Shown here piece after piece: positions 1 through 8,439 of a DNA stretch of 13,667 nt (within the stretch, counting starts at the first letter, position 1; every line of letters starts with the position of its first letter). The translations under genes and the position numbers were made by a program. The DNA comes from a virus. Lineage: Duplodnaviria; Heunggongvirae; Uroviricota; Caudoviricetes. The notes below the pieces were generated by a model. The model worked only from the letters and a program-made list of their open reading frames with translations, made no database searches and had not been told where the DNA came from. Location of the stretch: IMG/VR virus record IMGVR_UViG_3300028988_000007, positions 1 to 13,667 of that record. The stretch is one strand, 5' to 3'.

Positions 1-623
1 CCCGTTCCGGCGGTCCCCGTCGCCACGGCAATCTGTACGCCCGCTGGCAGCACTTCGCCCCCACCGAAGCCGTAGTAATTGAGGCTGACAGGAATTTCAT
101 TCCCGCAAAGCCCCTTATGACGCGCGGTCAGCGTGACAACACCAGCCGAAGATGAAGCTGTAAACGGCAGAGTCGGAACGGCATTGATGGCATCTTTGAT
201 ACTGCTGGCAATCGTCGTGACGTTATCGCCGTTGGTCACCGGAGCCTGCACGCGGGTACGTCCCACATAGACATTCACCGTGCCGCTTTCGGTTGCTTCC
301 CCGGTCACCGTCAGCGTAACCGTTGCCGCCGCGCCTGTGGCTTCCGGAACGGCAATCACATACAGCTCACCAAACGGGTCGGTCTGGCGATAAGCCTCGA
401 CCATACGCGCCAGCTGACTTCCCGTACCACAAATCTGGCGTGCATAGTCTGCCGACGGCATCAGTACCAGACTGTTGGCAACAATCTCTGCACCGTTATT
501 GGCATGACCAATCAGCAGCGATGCTCCGCTGTCCTGTGCAGTATTCGCCGCCTGATTATCCATTTCCGCATAAAACAGCGGAACCAGCGTATTCGACGGA
601 ATGGTGTTAAAGCTTATCGTCAT
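1..623 (-). CDS. Tail sheath-like structural protein, N-terminal ~207 codons (gene continues beyond window start)
   Basis: Minus-strand ATG at 621-623 with AAGGTG-like RBS upstream; frame stays open to position 1 in my manual translation (MTISFNTIPSNTLVPLFYAEMDNQAANTAQDSGASLLIGHANNG...). N-terminal motif is reminiscent of Mu-type contractile-tail sheath proteins and the gene sits immediately downstream of the neck genes. Absent from the ORF track because it is truncated by the window edge. Confidence 0.5.
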   Translation of the reverse strand, partial: MTISFNTIPSNTLVPLFYAEMDNQAANTAQDSGASLLIGHANNGAEIVANSLVLMPSADYARQICGTGSQLARMVEAYRQTDPFGELYVIAVPEATGAAATVTLTVTGEATESGTVNVYVGRTRVQAPVTNGDNVTTIASSIKDAINAVPTLPFTASSSAGVVTLTARHKGLCGNEIPVSLNYYGFGGGEVLPAGVQIAVATGTAGT

Positions 624-777
624 CGGTGTTCACCTTTTTATTCACGCGCCGGATATCACCCGCTACTTCACGGCGCAGCCAGTAGTTGTTCTCGTCAACA
701 TTTCGCCCTTCGGCGGGCAAAAGGTCGCCGCGGGCAGGGTCAGGAACTGACCGCCCTTTAACAGGTTTGACAAACAT
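607..777 (-). CDS. Small hypothetical protein (56 aa) between neck gene and sheath-like gene
   Basis: Minus-strand ATG at 775-777, 5 nt downstream of a GAGGA that overlaps the stop of the upstream gene (TGAGGATCCTCATG); stop TAA at 607-609; manual translation MFVKPVKGRSVPDPARGDLLPAEGRNVDENNYWLRREVAGDIRRVNKKVNTDDDKL. Below the ORF-track size cutoff. No recognisable family. Confidence 0.35.
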   Translation of the reverse strand: MFVKPVKGRSVPDPARGDLLPAEGRNVDENNYWLRREVAGDIRRVNKKVNTDDDKL

Positions 778-785
778 GAGGATCC

Positions 786-1346
786 TCAGGAAGGAAGGGT
801 TATTTCGGTGTGATGTTCGATATCGCCGTCAGGCCCGTTACCGGGCTCGAGATAATCAACATCAATCGCCAGCGTTTGCAGTTCATCCAGACTGTTCAGA
901 TCATCCTGCTGGCGGGTATCGTCTTCAGTCAGCTCGCTGATGACCGAAAAATCGAACTGATAAATCAGCTCATGACGATTCAGATCCAGCAGCGTGCCGC
1001 CGTCATAGGTAATCGGGTTACCGCACGCTTCCGGGTTCCAGCCCAGCAGGGCCTTAAAGAGCATCTGCCGGACATCGTCCACCACATCATACGAGGCAAA
1101 CTGACCGCGCTCATCACGCCCGTTACTCAGTATGACAACCACGGAGAAGCCCTCTTTCAGCTCCTGCCAGTAGTCGGTCTGGCTTTTGTTTTCTCCCGGA
1201 GAGTCATCACCCGGTACCACATACGCCGCCGGGAGTCTCAGCTTTCCGACCTCCGGCAGATTTTTGAACTGTGCCGCGCCTGCCACCCGGTTTTCAAAAT
1301 ACGGGCAGCGGGCACGCAGCGCAGCAATAACAGGCGTCAGTTTCAT
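786..1346 (-). CDS. Phage neck/tail-completion protein (putative tail terminator; family not confidently recognised)
   Basis: 186-aa ORF whose ATG overlaps the stop of the upstream gene (ATGA at 1343-1346); acidic C-terminal half; position between an HK97 gp10-like gene and the sheath-like gene is where tail terminator/completion proteins lie in Mu-like tail modules. Confidence 0.45.
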   Translation of the reverse strand: MKLTPVIAALRARCPYFENRVAGAAQFKNLPEVGKLRLPAAYVVPGDDSPGENKSQTDYWQELKEGFSVVVILSNGRDERGQFASYDVVDDVRQMLFKALLGWNPEACGNPITYDGGTLLDLNRHELIYQFDFSVISELTEDDTRQQDDLNSLDELQTLAIDVDYLEPGNGPDGDIEHHTEITLPS

Positions 1347-1849
1347 CTGTGTCGTCGCTCCGGCTTCAGTGATTTACGCAATTCCCGCGCCAGAAAATAG
1401 CGTGTCCAGCTGCGGTTCTTTTCAAGAGTTTCCACCATGAAGTTATTACGTGGAGCCAGTCGCCAGCCGCTGCCACCGGATGCACCACGATGATGACTAC
1501 GACGACGTTTTGCTCCTCCCCGGACACCAAAAAACAGAAATGCCGGATAGAAGTCACCAGAGATCATCCGGTTCCCCTTCCCGTTGCGCTGGTTAGGGGC
1601 AATGCGTGTCATAAAACCGGCTCGCTTTTTACTGGCTCTCGGCACCATATAACCAATCGAACGAGCCAGGCGTCCGGTCTGATAACCGGGGTTTTCACCT
1701 GGTGCCGACCGCGCACGGCGCATCACCAGCCGACGGGCATCACGCATATGACGCTGCCCAATCGTGACAAACGCCCGCCGGACACGGGCGCGGTTAAAGC
1801 GCATCTCGGCGGGCTGCTGAACATCAACGTGAAAAAAGGGAGTCGCCAT
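1343..1849 (-). CDS. HK97 gp10-like tail/neck component (very arginine-rich)
   Basis: 168-aa ORF with GGAGG RBS 4-5 nt upstream of ATG at 1847-1849; segment ...RVRRAFVTIGQRHMRDARRLVMRRARSAPGENPGYQTGRLARSI... resembles the conserved core of HK97 gp10-family proteins (...VDTG.LR.SI...); directly follows the head-tail adaptor gene. Confidence 0.5.
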   Translation of the reverse strand: MATPFFHVDVQQPAEMRFNRARVRRAFVTIGQRHMRDARRLVMRRARSAPGENPGYQTGRLARSIGYMVPRASKKRAGFMTRIAPNQRNGKGNRMISGDFYPAFLFFGVRGGAKRRRSHHRGASGGSGWRLAPRNNFMVETLEKNRSWTRYFLARELRKSLKPERRHR

Positions 1850-2234
1850 TGCTGCCTCCGTGACTCTGCCTACATTCGCCCAGCTCCGTACACTCCAGCA
1901 GCAGAAAGCGCCGCGCCCCGTTCAGATCACGCTGACGTTTCACCCGGTACACACTGTCATCACAGACCACCTCATAATCAGCAGTGATCCCCCGGCGGTA
2001 ACGAATGGTGATGTAATGGGTGATGGCGTCCCCGGTCTGCGCGGTTTCCTGCCAGGTGGTGGCACTGGTCTGGATAACCTTCGCCCATGTCCGGAACGTA
2101 ACCGGGTATTGAGGCTCCACGCCAAAGTTATCCGCGGGCATATCCACCCGCTGGCGGATCAGGACGCGTTTATTCAGTTCACCGGGGTCCGGCAGAATGT
2201 AGGTTGCGCTGGTCTGCGCCTGACGAATTTTCAT
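1824..2234 (-). CDS. Head-tail adaptor / head closure protein (Phage_H_T_join-like)
   Basis: 136-aa ORF; ATG overlaps connector stop (ATGA at 2231-2234); C-terminal pattern ...ITIRYRRGITADYEVVCDDSVYRVKRQRDLNGARRFLLLECTEL is typical of head-tail joining proteins; conserved gene order after the gp6-like connector. Confidence 0.7.
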   Translation of the reverse strand: MKIRQAQTSATYILPDPGELNKRVLIRQRVDMPADNFGVEPQYPVTFRTWAKVIQTSATTWQETAQTGDAITHYITIRYRRGITADYEVVCDDSVYRVKRQRDLNGARRFLLLECTELGECRQSHGGSNGDSLFSR

Positions 2235-2554
2235 TGCGGAAAGTACCTGTACGGGCCGACAAGCCAGCCAAAACTCTGCGGCATGTCGAGTTTCTCCACT
2301 TCCGTAACCGACGAGCGGTTTTCGTAAAAATGGCTGATAAGCATCAGCATCCCCAGACGAATATCATCCGGCAGGTGCAGCCCGTCCGGATCGCTGTCCG
2401 GAATGGTTTCATCCGGTGCATAGAGCTTCCGGTTCAGATACGTTTCCGTCCGCTTTTGTGCCGCACAGGCCAGCAGTTGCAGATGGCGGTCATCAGCATC
2501 GAAATCCTCATCCAGCCGGAGTTGGGCTTTAATCTCTTCCATTGTCAGAAGCAT
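2231..2554 (-). CDS. gp6-like head-tail connector protein
   Basis: 107-aa ORF MLLTMEEIKAQLRLDEDFDADD...; AGAGGG RBS 6 nt upstream of ATG at 2552-2554; N-terminal EE(I/V)KAQLR(L/I) motif and size match gp6-like head-tail connector (DNA-packaging) proteins; position after capsid gene. Confidence 0.75.
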   Translation of the reverse strand: MLLTMEEIKAQLRLDEDFDADDRHLQLLACAAQKRTETYLNRKLYAPDETIPDSDPDGLHLPDDIRLGMLMLISHFYENRSSVTEVEKLDMPQSFGWLVGPYRYFPQ

Positions 2555-2556
2555 AC

Positions 2557-2757
2557 TCAGCCCTCTTTACTGGTCGTGGCTTTTTTCTCTTTTGCCGCTT
2601 TACTGCTTTTTGCACTGATTCCGCGCTCTGCTAACCCGGCCTGAAGTGCAATCTCCTGCACCCGGGCAGGAAGTGCCCCGTCGTCATACTCACCGGCCCG
2701 AATGACCTCAACACGCATACCGTCCGGTGACCATTTCAGATCTTGTTTCAGGATCAT
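2557..2757 (-). CDS. Small hypothetical protein (66 aa) with Lys-rich C-terminus, between capsid and connector genes
   Basis: ATG at 2755-2757; stop 2 nt before the connector ATG (tight coupling); sequence MILKQDLKWSPDGMRVEVIRAGEYDDGALPARVQEIALQAGLAERGISAKSSKAAKEKKATTSKEG; weak RBS (GGTGAAGAA). No family recognised. Confidence 0.5.
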   Translation of the reverse strand: MILKQDLKWSPDGMRVEVIRAGEYDDGALPARVQEIALQAGLAERGISAKSSKAAKEKKATTSKEG

Positions 2758-2780
2758 GATTCTTCACCCGTCAGAACAGG

Positions 2781-2798
2781 GGGCGCGGTTCCGCGCCC
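2781..2798 (-). terminator. GC-rich stem-loop immediately 3' of the major capsid gene (putative attenuator/partial terminator or mRNA stabiliser)
   Basis: Perfect inverted repeat GGGCGCGG (2781-2788) / CCGCGCCC (2791-2798) with 2-nt spacer, 8 nt after the capsid stop codon (2807-2809); no strong U-tract follows on the minus strand, so probably only partial termination. Confidence 0.45.
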
Positions 2799-2806
2799 TT
2801 GAGTGA

Positions 2807-4012
2807 TTACGCCGCTGCAATCTTCAGCAGTTTGATGGCCTGCGAATCGACCAGCATCCCGCCGGTGCGCTTGGTGGTATAAAAACCGACAAACGGTTTA
2901 TTGGTGTACGGGTCACGCAGAATGCGGGTGCCGATACGGTCAACGATGGTGTAACCCCGTTTGAAGTTACCAAATGCAATGGCTTTCGCATCAGCGGCGA
3001 TATCCGGCATCTGTTCGTTTTCAGCGATACCGTAACCCGCCAGAGAGGACGGCTGCCCCAGTTCCAGCCCCGGACGCCACAGATAGTTACCCTCGCTGTC
3101 TTTAAGCAGACGGATGGCAAACAGGCTGTTGTTGTTCATCATGAACTTCGCGCCAGTGCGGTGTGCCTTACGCAGCGTGTAAATCAGTTTGATAATGGCG
3201 TCTGCGGTCACCGCGGTCGCTTCGCCGGATACAATATGCTGAAGTTTGCCGAACGCCCGGACCTTGTCGGTTTCATCAGTGGATTCATACGCCAGGAACC
3301 CTTTCGGCTTCTTGGTGCCATCGCCTGAGGTAAAGGCAATTTCTTCCTGTTCGGCAAATTCGGTTGCCAGCTCGCTGTTGATCCAGGCCTCCACGTTGAA
3401 GAAGGCATCGTCCAGCATTTTCTGGGTAGCCTGCGGGTTGCCGTAAATTTCCCCCATGAGAGGTTCAATCAGCTCCAGTCTGGAGGTGGCAGTCTGGGAT
3501 CGCGTATCCGTTTCCCCCACCCATCCGGAAGCCGTACCGCCCAGATTCGCCAGTTTTTTGTAGTCGGAACCGCCAACGGTGATCACCGTGGCTTCCTGAC
3601 GCATCACCACTTCATCTTTCAGCAGGTTAAGAATGTTGCGATCCAGTTCTTCCGGCACGGCGTAGCCACCGTCTTCATCGGTACCCACCTGCAATGCCTT
3701 ACGCTCCAGATCGCGCAGACCGTCTTCACGGCCTTTACGCAGGAAGCCCACAAACGCCTCTTTATGCTCGGTGGCCAGTTTATTTTGCGCTCCACCAGCC
3801 GGACGTTTCAGCTCAAGCAGCTCTTTTTCAAGGTCGCTTTTGAGATTTTCCAGCTCGCTGAGTTTCCCGTTCAGGGTTTCCACCTGCCCGGCAAGCTTGC
3901 CTTTTTCCTGCTCAATCGCATCCACGCGCTTGTCGTTCTTTGCTTTGAAGTCGTCAAACTTCTGCTGCAGCTCCTGCGCGACCTGTTCGACATCTTTAAT
4001 ATCAACCGCCAT
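2807..4012 (-). CDS. Major capsid protein, HK97 family
   Basis: 401-aa ORF; AGGAG RBS 7 nt upstream of ATG; N-terminal coiled-coil-like delta/scaffold domain (KEL..LNGKLSELENLKSDLEKELLELK) followed by a capsid core with ...LLKDSEGNYLWRPG... resembling HK97 gp5; lies directly after the prohead protease gene, as in HK97. Confidence 0.92.
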   Translation of the reverse strand: MAVDIKDVEQVAQELQQKFDDFKAKNDKRVDAIEQEKGKLAGQVETLNGKLSELENLKSDLEKELLELKRPAGGAQNKLATEHKEAFVGFLRKGREDGLRDLERKALQVGTDEDGGYAVPEELDRNILNLLKDEVVMRQEATVITVGGSDYKKLANLGGTASGWVGETDTRSQTATSRLELIEPLMGEIYGNPQATQKMLDDAFFNVEAWINSELATEFAEQEEIAFTSGDGTKKPKGFLAYESTDETDKVRAFGKLQHIVSGEATAVTADAIIKLIYTLRKAHRTGAKFMMNNNSLFAIRLLKDSEGNYLWRPGLELGQPSSLAGYGIAENEQMPDIAADAKAIAFGNFKRGYTIVDRIGTRILRDPYTNKPFVGFYTTKRTGGMLVDSQAIKLLKIAAA

Positions 4013-4026
4013 CGTATTTCTCCTGA

Positions 4027-4677
4027 TTAGAAGTTCAGATTTTTCAGTGCATTCAGTGCAGAGCCCACATCCTCAGCGTCGCGCAGGGACAGTGCGCTAT
4101 AGCCCCCGGCCATGAATGCTTTGGCCTGGGTGCGGGAGAGTCCGACATCACGCAGGACTCTTTCGATTTTTTTCTGTTCGGGGATTTCCCCGCGGGCCAG
4201 TGCGTTCTTGACGTCGCTGATCCGCGCCTCGTCGTTAGACGGGAACGTCACCAGGCTGACTTCCCAGAGGTCGATTTCTTTCAGCAGAAAGGCTTCTTTG
4301 CTCCGGTCGTATTCCCAGTCTTTCAGGACGTACCCAATAGAAAGGCCGGTTAACGAACCGGCCTTCATGTGTGCATGTGCGCGTTTTGCGAGGGGATCAT
4401 CATCAATAAGCAACCGTCCCCTGACGTAAAGCCCGACATCGTCTTCCTTCATTTCGGTGTAAACACCGATGGGTTCATCCATGCGGTGCTGCCAGAGCAG
4501 CGCAGGTAACGCTTTTCTGTCACTCCACGCCCGCAGGGAAGCAGCAAATGCCCCGGACATCACCACATCATCGTGGCTGTCCTTTACACCAAAGACGGAG
4601 CCATACCCTTCAAACTCACCGGAGTCACTGACAGATTTCAGACTCAGCGGTACATCAAGACGTTGTTTCGTCTGCAT
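4027..4677 (-). CDS. Prohead maturation protease, HK97 family (S78/U35-like)
   Basis: ORF track gives 4027..4713 (228 aa); I prefer the internal ATG at 4675-4677 (MQTKQRLDVPL...) because it has an AAGGA RBS about 8 nt upstream, whereas the 4713 ATG has none and would overlap the portal by 59 nt. Motif ...GEFEGYGSVFGVKDSHDDVVMSGAF... is typical of HK97 prohead proteases. Confidence 0.85.
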   Translation of the reverse strand: MQTKQRLDVPLSLKSVSDSGEFEGYGSVFGVKDSHDDVVMSGAFAASLRAWSDRKALPALLWQHRMDEPIGVYTEMKEDDVGLYVRGRLLIDDDPLAKRAHAHMKAGSLTGLSIGYVLKDWEYDRSKEAFLLKEIDLWEVSLVTFPSNDEARISDVKNALARGEIPEQKKIERVLRDVGLSRTQAKAFMAGGYSALSLRDAEDVGSALNALKNLNF

Positions 4678-5896
4678 TGGCGTTATCCTTCTGCTTACCG
4701 GCTTTACTGCCATCGGAGGGTTTCGTGGTCATGTTCATCGGTGTGAGATAGACATCACCACCGGGACGCGGATTCATATCTTCCAGGTCGCGGCAGTCAT
4801 TGGGAGAGTAAATTCCCCAGTTGATCCCGGTGGCGTAGGCTTCAAAACGGGACTTCATATCCCCGCGCAGTAACGCCCCGGCGTTAAATTTGGCGTAATA
4901 AACGCCCTGCTTACTTTTTCGTACCAGTCCGGTGTTGATCCGCTGTTCGATGCGGGTCAGATACGGCACCAGTGAATAGTTGATAAATCCCAGCCCCAGC
5001 TCTTCGATATTGTTGAAGGTGGCGCGATCGGTGTTCTGCACCATGTGCAACGGCACCCGGAACAGACGACAGATTTCTTCAAGCTGAAACTTGCGGGTTT
5101 CCAGGAACTGGCTGTCCTCGGCGTTCAGCGCCATCGACTTCCAGTCCAGCCCCATCTCAAGGATCATCGGGCGGTGAGCATTGCCAAGCCCGGTGTGACG
5201 CTCCTCAAAATCTTTCTTCAGGCGCTCATAAGCCTGATCTGACAGCGTCTGCTCTGTACGCAACACACCCGACGTCACCGCGCCATTGCTGAACAGTCTG
5301 GCCCCGTGCTCTTCGGTCGCAGCTGCCAGCGATATTGCCTCGCGGGCATAGGCGATGGGATTCAGCCCCACCAGTCCGTCCAGCGTCAGCGTGCGCACAT
5401 GCCAGATATCCTCCTGGCTCAGTACATCCGTGGAGCCATCCGGGAATGTGACCTGATAGATCGGCTCCCAGCTACTGTTAAGCTTCGGTACCACACAGCC
5501 GGGATCGACGGGCAGCAGTTCAGCCACTTCGCCAAATGCTTTCACTTTGTAGGCGTAAAAGTTTCCCCGCAGGCACAGACAGGTGACCACCAGCTCCCAG
5601 AACTCCTGCGGCGTCATATAGCCATTGGGATGCGTGGAGATCAGTTTATGCAGACGTTCGCCGGTGGCTCTCTGTTTCAGGCTGCCGTTCAGGTGATACA
5701 GGTTGCAGGGCAACATCCCGACCGACTCCGCCAGCACCCTGACGCAGGAAAAAACCGCCGTCAGTCGCATGGCCCGCTGGCTGCTGATCTGCTTTCCGGT
5801 ATAGGTGTCATATGACAGCCCGATAGCATCCGCCAGCTCTGCTGGCGTGGTCACCGGTGCGTCACTTTTTCGTTGAAATAATCCCGAAAAGAACAC
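4655..5896 (-). CDS. Portal protein, HK97 family
   Basis: 413-aa ORF; the start codon at 5894-5896 is GTG, preceded by a strong GGAGGT RBS with 5-nt spacer; size, position (between terminase and protease) and sequence are consistent with HK97 gp3-like portal proteins. Confidence 0.88.
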   Translation of the reverse strand: MFFSGLFQRKSDAPVTTPAELADAIGLSYDTYTGKQISSQRAMRLTAVFSCVRVLAESVGMLPCNLYHLNGSLKQRATGERLHKLISTHPNGYMTPQEFWELVVTCLCLRGNFYAYKVKAFGEVAELLPVDPGCVVPKLNSSWEPIYQVTFPDGSTDVLSQEDIWHVRTLTLDGLVGLNPIAYAREAISLAAATEEHGARLFSNGAVTSGVLRTEQTLSDQAYERLKKDFEERHTGLGNAHRPMILEMGLDWKSMALNAEDSQFLETRKFQLEEICRLFRVPLHMVQNTDRATFNNIEELGLGFINYSLVPYLTRIEQRINTGLVRKSKQGVYYAKFNAGALLRGDMKSRFEAYATGINWGIYSPNDCRDLEDMNPRPGGDVYLTPMNMTTKPSDGSKAGKQKDNANADETTS

Positions 5897-6078
5897 TATT
5901 TACCTCCGCCGACAGACGGCTGTGTACGGTCGAGATATCGCGCCACCAGCCACGACCAGAACAGGCACAGCGCCCCGGCAACAACAAACCCCGCCGGGGG
6001 ATAAATCAGCCAGGCACCATACGCCAGCAAAAGCGCACCCAGCACGCCCACCAGAGGCGCGAGAATCAGCATGATCAT
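5896..6078 (-). CDS. Small hydrophobic protein (60 aa, two predicted TM helices) inserted between large terminase and portal genes
   Basis: ATG at 6076-6078 with GAGGT RBS about 6 nt upstream; sequence [60 protein letters not shown] is two hydrophobic stretches separated by a PPAG turn; its stop (TAG 5896-5898) overlaps the portal GTG start. Confidence 0.55.
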   Translation of the reverse strand: MIMLILAPLVGVLGALLLAYGAWLIYPPAGFVVAGALCLFWSWLVARYLDRTQPSVGGGK

Positions 6079-6089
6079 AATTACCTCAG

Positions 6090-7823
6090 TTAAAGCGAGC
6101 GGATCCCATAGGATTCAATGTGGTCAGACAGCGTGTCTTCTTTCTCGTACAGCATGGCTCTGCCAACCGCCATAATCAGCGCAACTGCACCATCGATTTT
6201 GTTTTCCGCCTGCTCTTTGACGGGCTTCACCACATCATCGTTACCCGGAATGGTTTTGCCGACCACGTTGCCGATACACCAGGTCATGATGGGATTGCCA
6301 TCATGATGAAAGCGCCCCGATTCAATTGCCGCTTCCAGCTCTTTCATCGGGTCGGACATGTTGGTGTAGTTCTGAATGATGGTGACGGGGTTCAGGTCTT
6401 CATCAGCAAGGTCATGTGAGAGCCCGGTCGCCCCGAAGGGGTCGATGGGTGACTCGCTGACCGGGCTGATTTTGTTCGCCGCTTTGGCCTCTTCGAGGAT
6501 GTAGCGATAATCCACCTCTGCACCATCGGTAACGGTCAGGACGCCCATTTCCACCCATTTCTGAAAGCGTTCGGCTGTCCGTCGATCTTCATTTTTCTCG
6601 ACGCTGTACACCGTGTCATACGGTACCCAGAAACGCGGGGCCACACTGTAGTAATGCGTTTTACCGTCAATCTCGCGGGTATAAAGTCGCGCCATGCTGT
6701 TCATATCCAGCTTACGCGCCAGGTCAAAGGCCAGAATGCACGGCTGCCCCTCGAACTGCTCAAGGGTCAGTGATTTATCCTCGCAGCTCTGCCAGCTTAC
6801 CAGGTTGAAATACGCCGAACGCGCCGACACCCAGATATTGAGGTGTTTTGTTTTAAAGACGTTTGCCAGACGGGCGTTATTTTTCGCACGCTGCTGCTGA
6901 CTTAACAAAAATTCGCGATAAACCGACACGCCAATATTTGGATTGGCTTTTTCCAGCACCTGCGGGTCGGTCCAGTCGTCACCTTCATCAACGGTATAGA
7001 TGATCCCGAACAGTTCATCGTTGGGTACCGAACCGTTGAGCATCTCGATGACTTCCCGCCGTTTGTCGTAGCACGGCCCCTCAATGTTGTACCCGGCGGT
7101 AGTGATAGCCCACATCAGTGGCTGACGTCGCGCCCCCATCCCGGTAAGCATCGTGGTGTAAAGCGCATCTGTGGCGTGCTCGTGATATTCATCCACCACC
7201 GCACAGTGGGGTGATGAACCATCACCAGGGTTACCGATCAGCGGTTCAAAACGCGCACCATCCTCCGGACGGTTCATGTTTGAGGCGTTAACCTCAATCC
7301 CGAACGCTTCCGTCAGCATGGGTGTGCGTTTACACATCAGTCGTGCCGGACGAAAGACTTCCCACGCCTGTTTCTCCGTCGTGGCACCGGAATACACTTC
7401 CGCGCCAAACTCGTTATCACAGGCAAAACAATACAGGGCAACACCGGCAGAGATTGCCGATTTGCCGTTCTTACGGGGGATTTCGGTATACACCTCCCGG
7501 AAGCGGCGCAATCGGGAGCCTTTATTGACCCAGCCAAACGCACAGCAGATCACAAATAGCTGCCACGGCTCCAGCGTGATGGGCATCCGTTTAAATGCCC
7601 ACTCACCCTTGGTGTGCGGCAACAGCTGAATAAATTTGGCGGCCCGTTCAGCCAGGTCCTTGTCGAAGCGGTAACGAAACGACTTACTTTTTTCCGCCAT
7701 CAGGTCATCAAGATGGCGCTGGCAGGCCTGAATCACAAACTGGCAGGCCACAATCTTTCCGCGCACGACATCACGGGCATACTGATTGGCAGCATTTACG
7801 TTGGGGTAAGATTTCCGGCTCAT
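6090..7823 (-). CDS. Terminase large subunit
   Basis: 577-aa ORF; its ATG overlaps the small-terminase stop (ATGA at 7820-7823); N-terminal ATPase region with Walker A-like [12 protein letters not shown] and C-terminal nuclease region; conserved position upstream of portal. Confidence 0.93.
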   Translation of the reverse strand: MSRKSYPNVNAANQYARDVVRGKIVACQFVIQACQRHLDDLMAEKSKSFRYRFDKDLAERAAKFIQLLPHTKGEWAFKRMPITLEPWQLFVICCAFGWVNKGSRLRRFREVYTEIPRKNGKSAISAGVALYCFACDNEFGAEVYSGATTEKQAWEVFRPARLMCKRTPMLTEAFGIEVNASNMNRPEDGARFEPLIGNPGDGSSPHCAVVDEYHEHATDALYTTMLTGMGARRQPLMWAITTAGYNIEGPCYDKRREVIEMLNGSVPNDELFGIIYTVDEGDDWTDPQVLEKANPNIGVSVYREFLLSQQQRAKNNARLANVFKTKHLNIWVSARSAYFNLVSWQSCEDKSLTLEQFEGQPCILAFDLARKLDMNSMARLYTREIDGKTHYYSVAPRFWVPYDTVYSVEKNEDRRTAERFQKWVEMGVLTVTDGAEVDYRYILEEAKAANKISPVSESPIDPFGATGLSHDLADEDLNPVTIIQNYTNMSDPMKELEAAIESGRFHHDGNPIMTWCIGNVVGKTIPGNDDVVKPVKEQAENKIDGAVALIMAVGRAMLYEKEDTLSDHIESYGIRSL

Positions 7824-8314
7824 GATTCGATGATTTTCAGAAACGGGTTAGTGGCTTTCTTCTGCCCCGCCAGGCCAATCAGACGCTGGCGGCTGCTGGG
7901 GTCGAGTCCGAGCATTGCCCCCGTGCTGCTCATCTCGGACTCCTGTTCTTTCTTGGCGGTCAGCTCCGGATTTTTGACCATGCCGCCCATTGCACCGGTG
8001 ATGGTGTTGCCCTGTCTGGCAATATTTTTCACGGCACGTCGCCAGAACTCATAGGCCACGCACCACCGCTCAAGCACTGCGAGGTCAGTCACGCACAGCA
8101 GGCCCTGACCGCAGAGTTCTTTGGTTGTCAGTTGCCACATGATCGTGGCGAGAGGAAGCTCTTCTTCAGCGAACCACTCCGGTGGCTCAACACCTTTGAT
8201 GGGCGTAAAAACAGGTTCATCTTTGTTCAGGGCTCGCTTGCCGGGGTTTCCGGCCAGCGCCTTGCGCGCCGTTGGCTTAGGGCGACGCCCGGAACGCCCC
8301 GCCGTTCCAGCCAT
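7820..8314 (-). CDS. Terminase small subunit, P27 family
   Basis: ORF track starts at an in-frame GTG (8323); I prefer the ATG at 8312-8314 ([29 protein letters not shown]...), which has an AGGAG RBS 8 nt upstream. The N-terminal G(R)RPKPT...GNPGKR motif is characteristic of P27-family TerS. Confidence 0.85.
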   Translation of the reverse strand: MAGTAGRSGRRPKPTARKALAGNPGKRALNKDEPVFTPIKGVEPPEWFAEEELPLATIMWQLTTKELCGQGLLCVTDLAVLERWCVAYEFWRRAVKNIARQGNTITGAMGGMVKNPELTAKKEQESEMSSTGAMLGLDPSSRQRLIGLAGQKKATNPFLKIIES

Positions 8315-8323
8315 ATGCGGCAC

Positions 8324-8439
8324 TCCTGGTTAAATTTCATTTTTCGCGGGTATAAAAAAACGATGGGGCGGGCAGTCCGGAAGACGTCAGGTCACAGGGA
8401 TTTGACCCGCCCCTCCCCTCTGGCAGTGGGAACTGGTTC
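8324..8439. other. Candidate cos / packaging-recognition region between HNH endonuclease and terminase genes
   Basis: 116-nt non-coding spacer containing an A7 tract (8354-8360) and an inverted repeat GGGGCGGG (8365-8372) / CCCGCCCC (8406-8413) flanking a GACGTC palindrome (8383-8388). In HK97-like phages cos lies between the HNH gene and terS. Assignment is by position and symmetry only. Confidence 0.35.

Noticed and set aside
323-940. Plus-strand ORFs 323..610, 504..761 and 686..940
   Set aside because: They are antisense to the sheath-like gene, the 56-aa ORF and the neck gene; GC-rich antisense frames commonly stay open; no RBS noted and no recognisable protein features.
810-2644. Plus-strand ORFs 810..1400, 1186..1440, 1490..1987, 1860..2327, 2204..2644 and minus-strand ORFs 1366..1557, 1940..2125
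   Set aside because: They overlap well-supported minus-strand neck genes in other frames; translations are Arg/Pro/His-rich low-complexity typical of spurious frames in GC-rich DNA.
2824-4429. Alternative-frame ORFs inside the capsid and protease genes (2824..3120, 3208..3468, 3246..3446, 3764..4030, 3771..4115, 4112..4429)
   Set aside because: Embedded in or antisense to HK97-family capsid and protease genes; Ser/Arg/Cys-rich nonsense-like translations.
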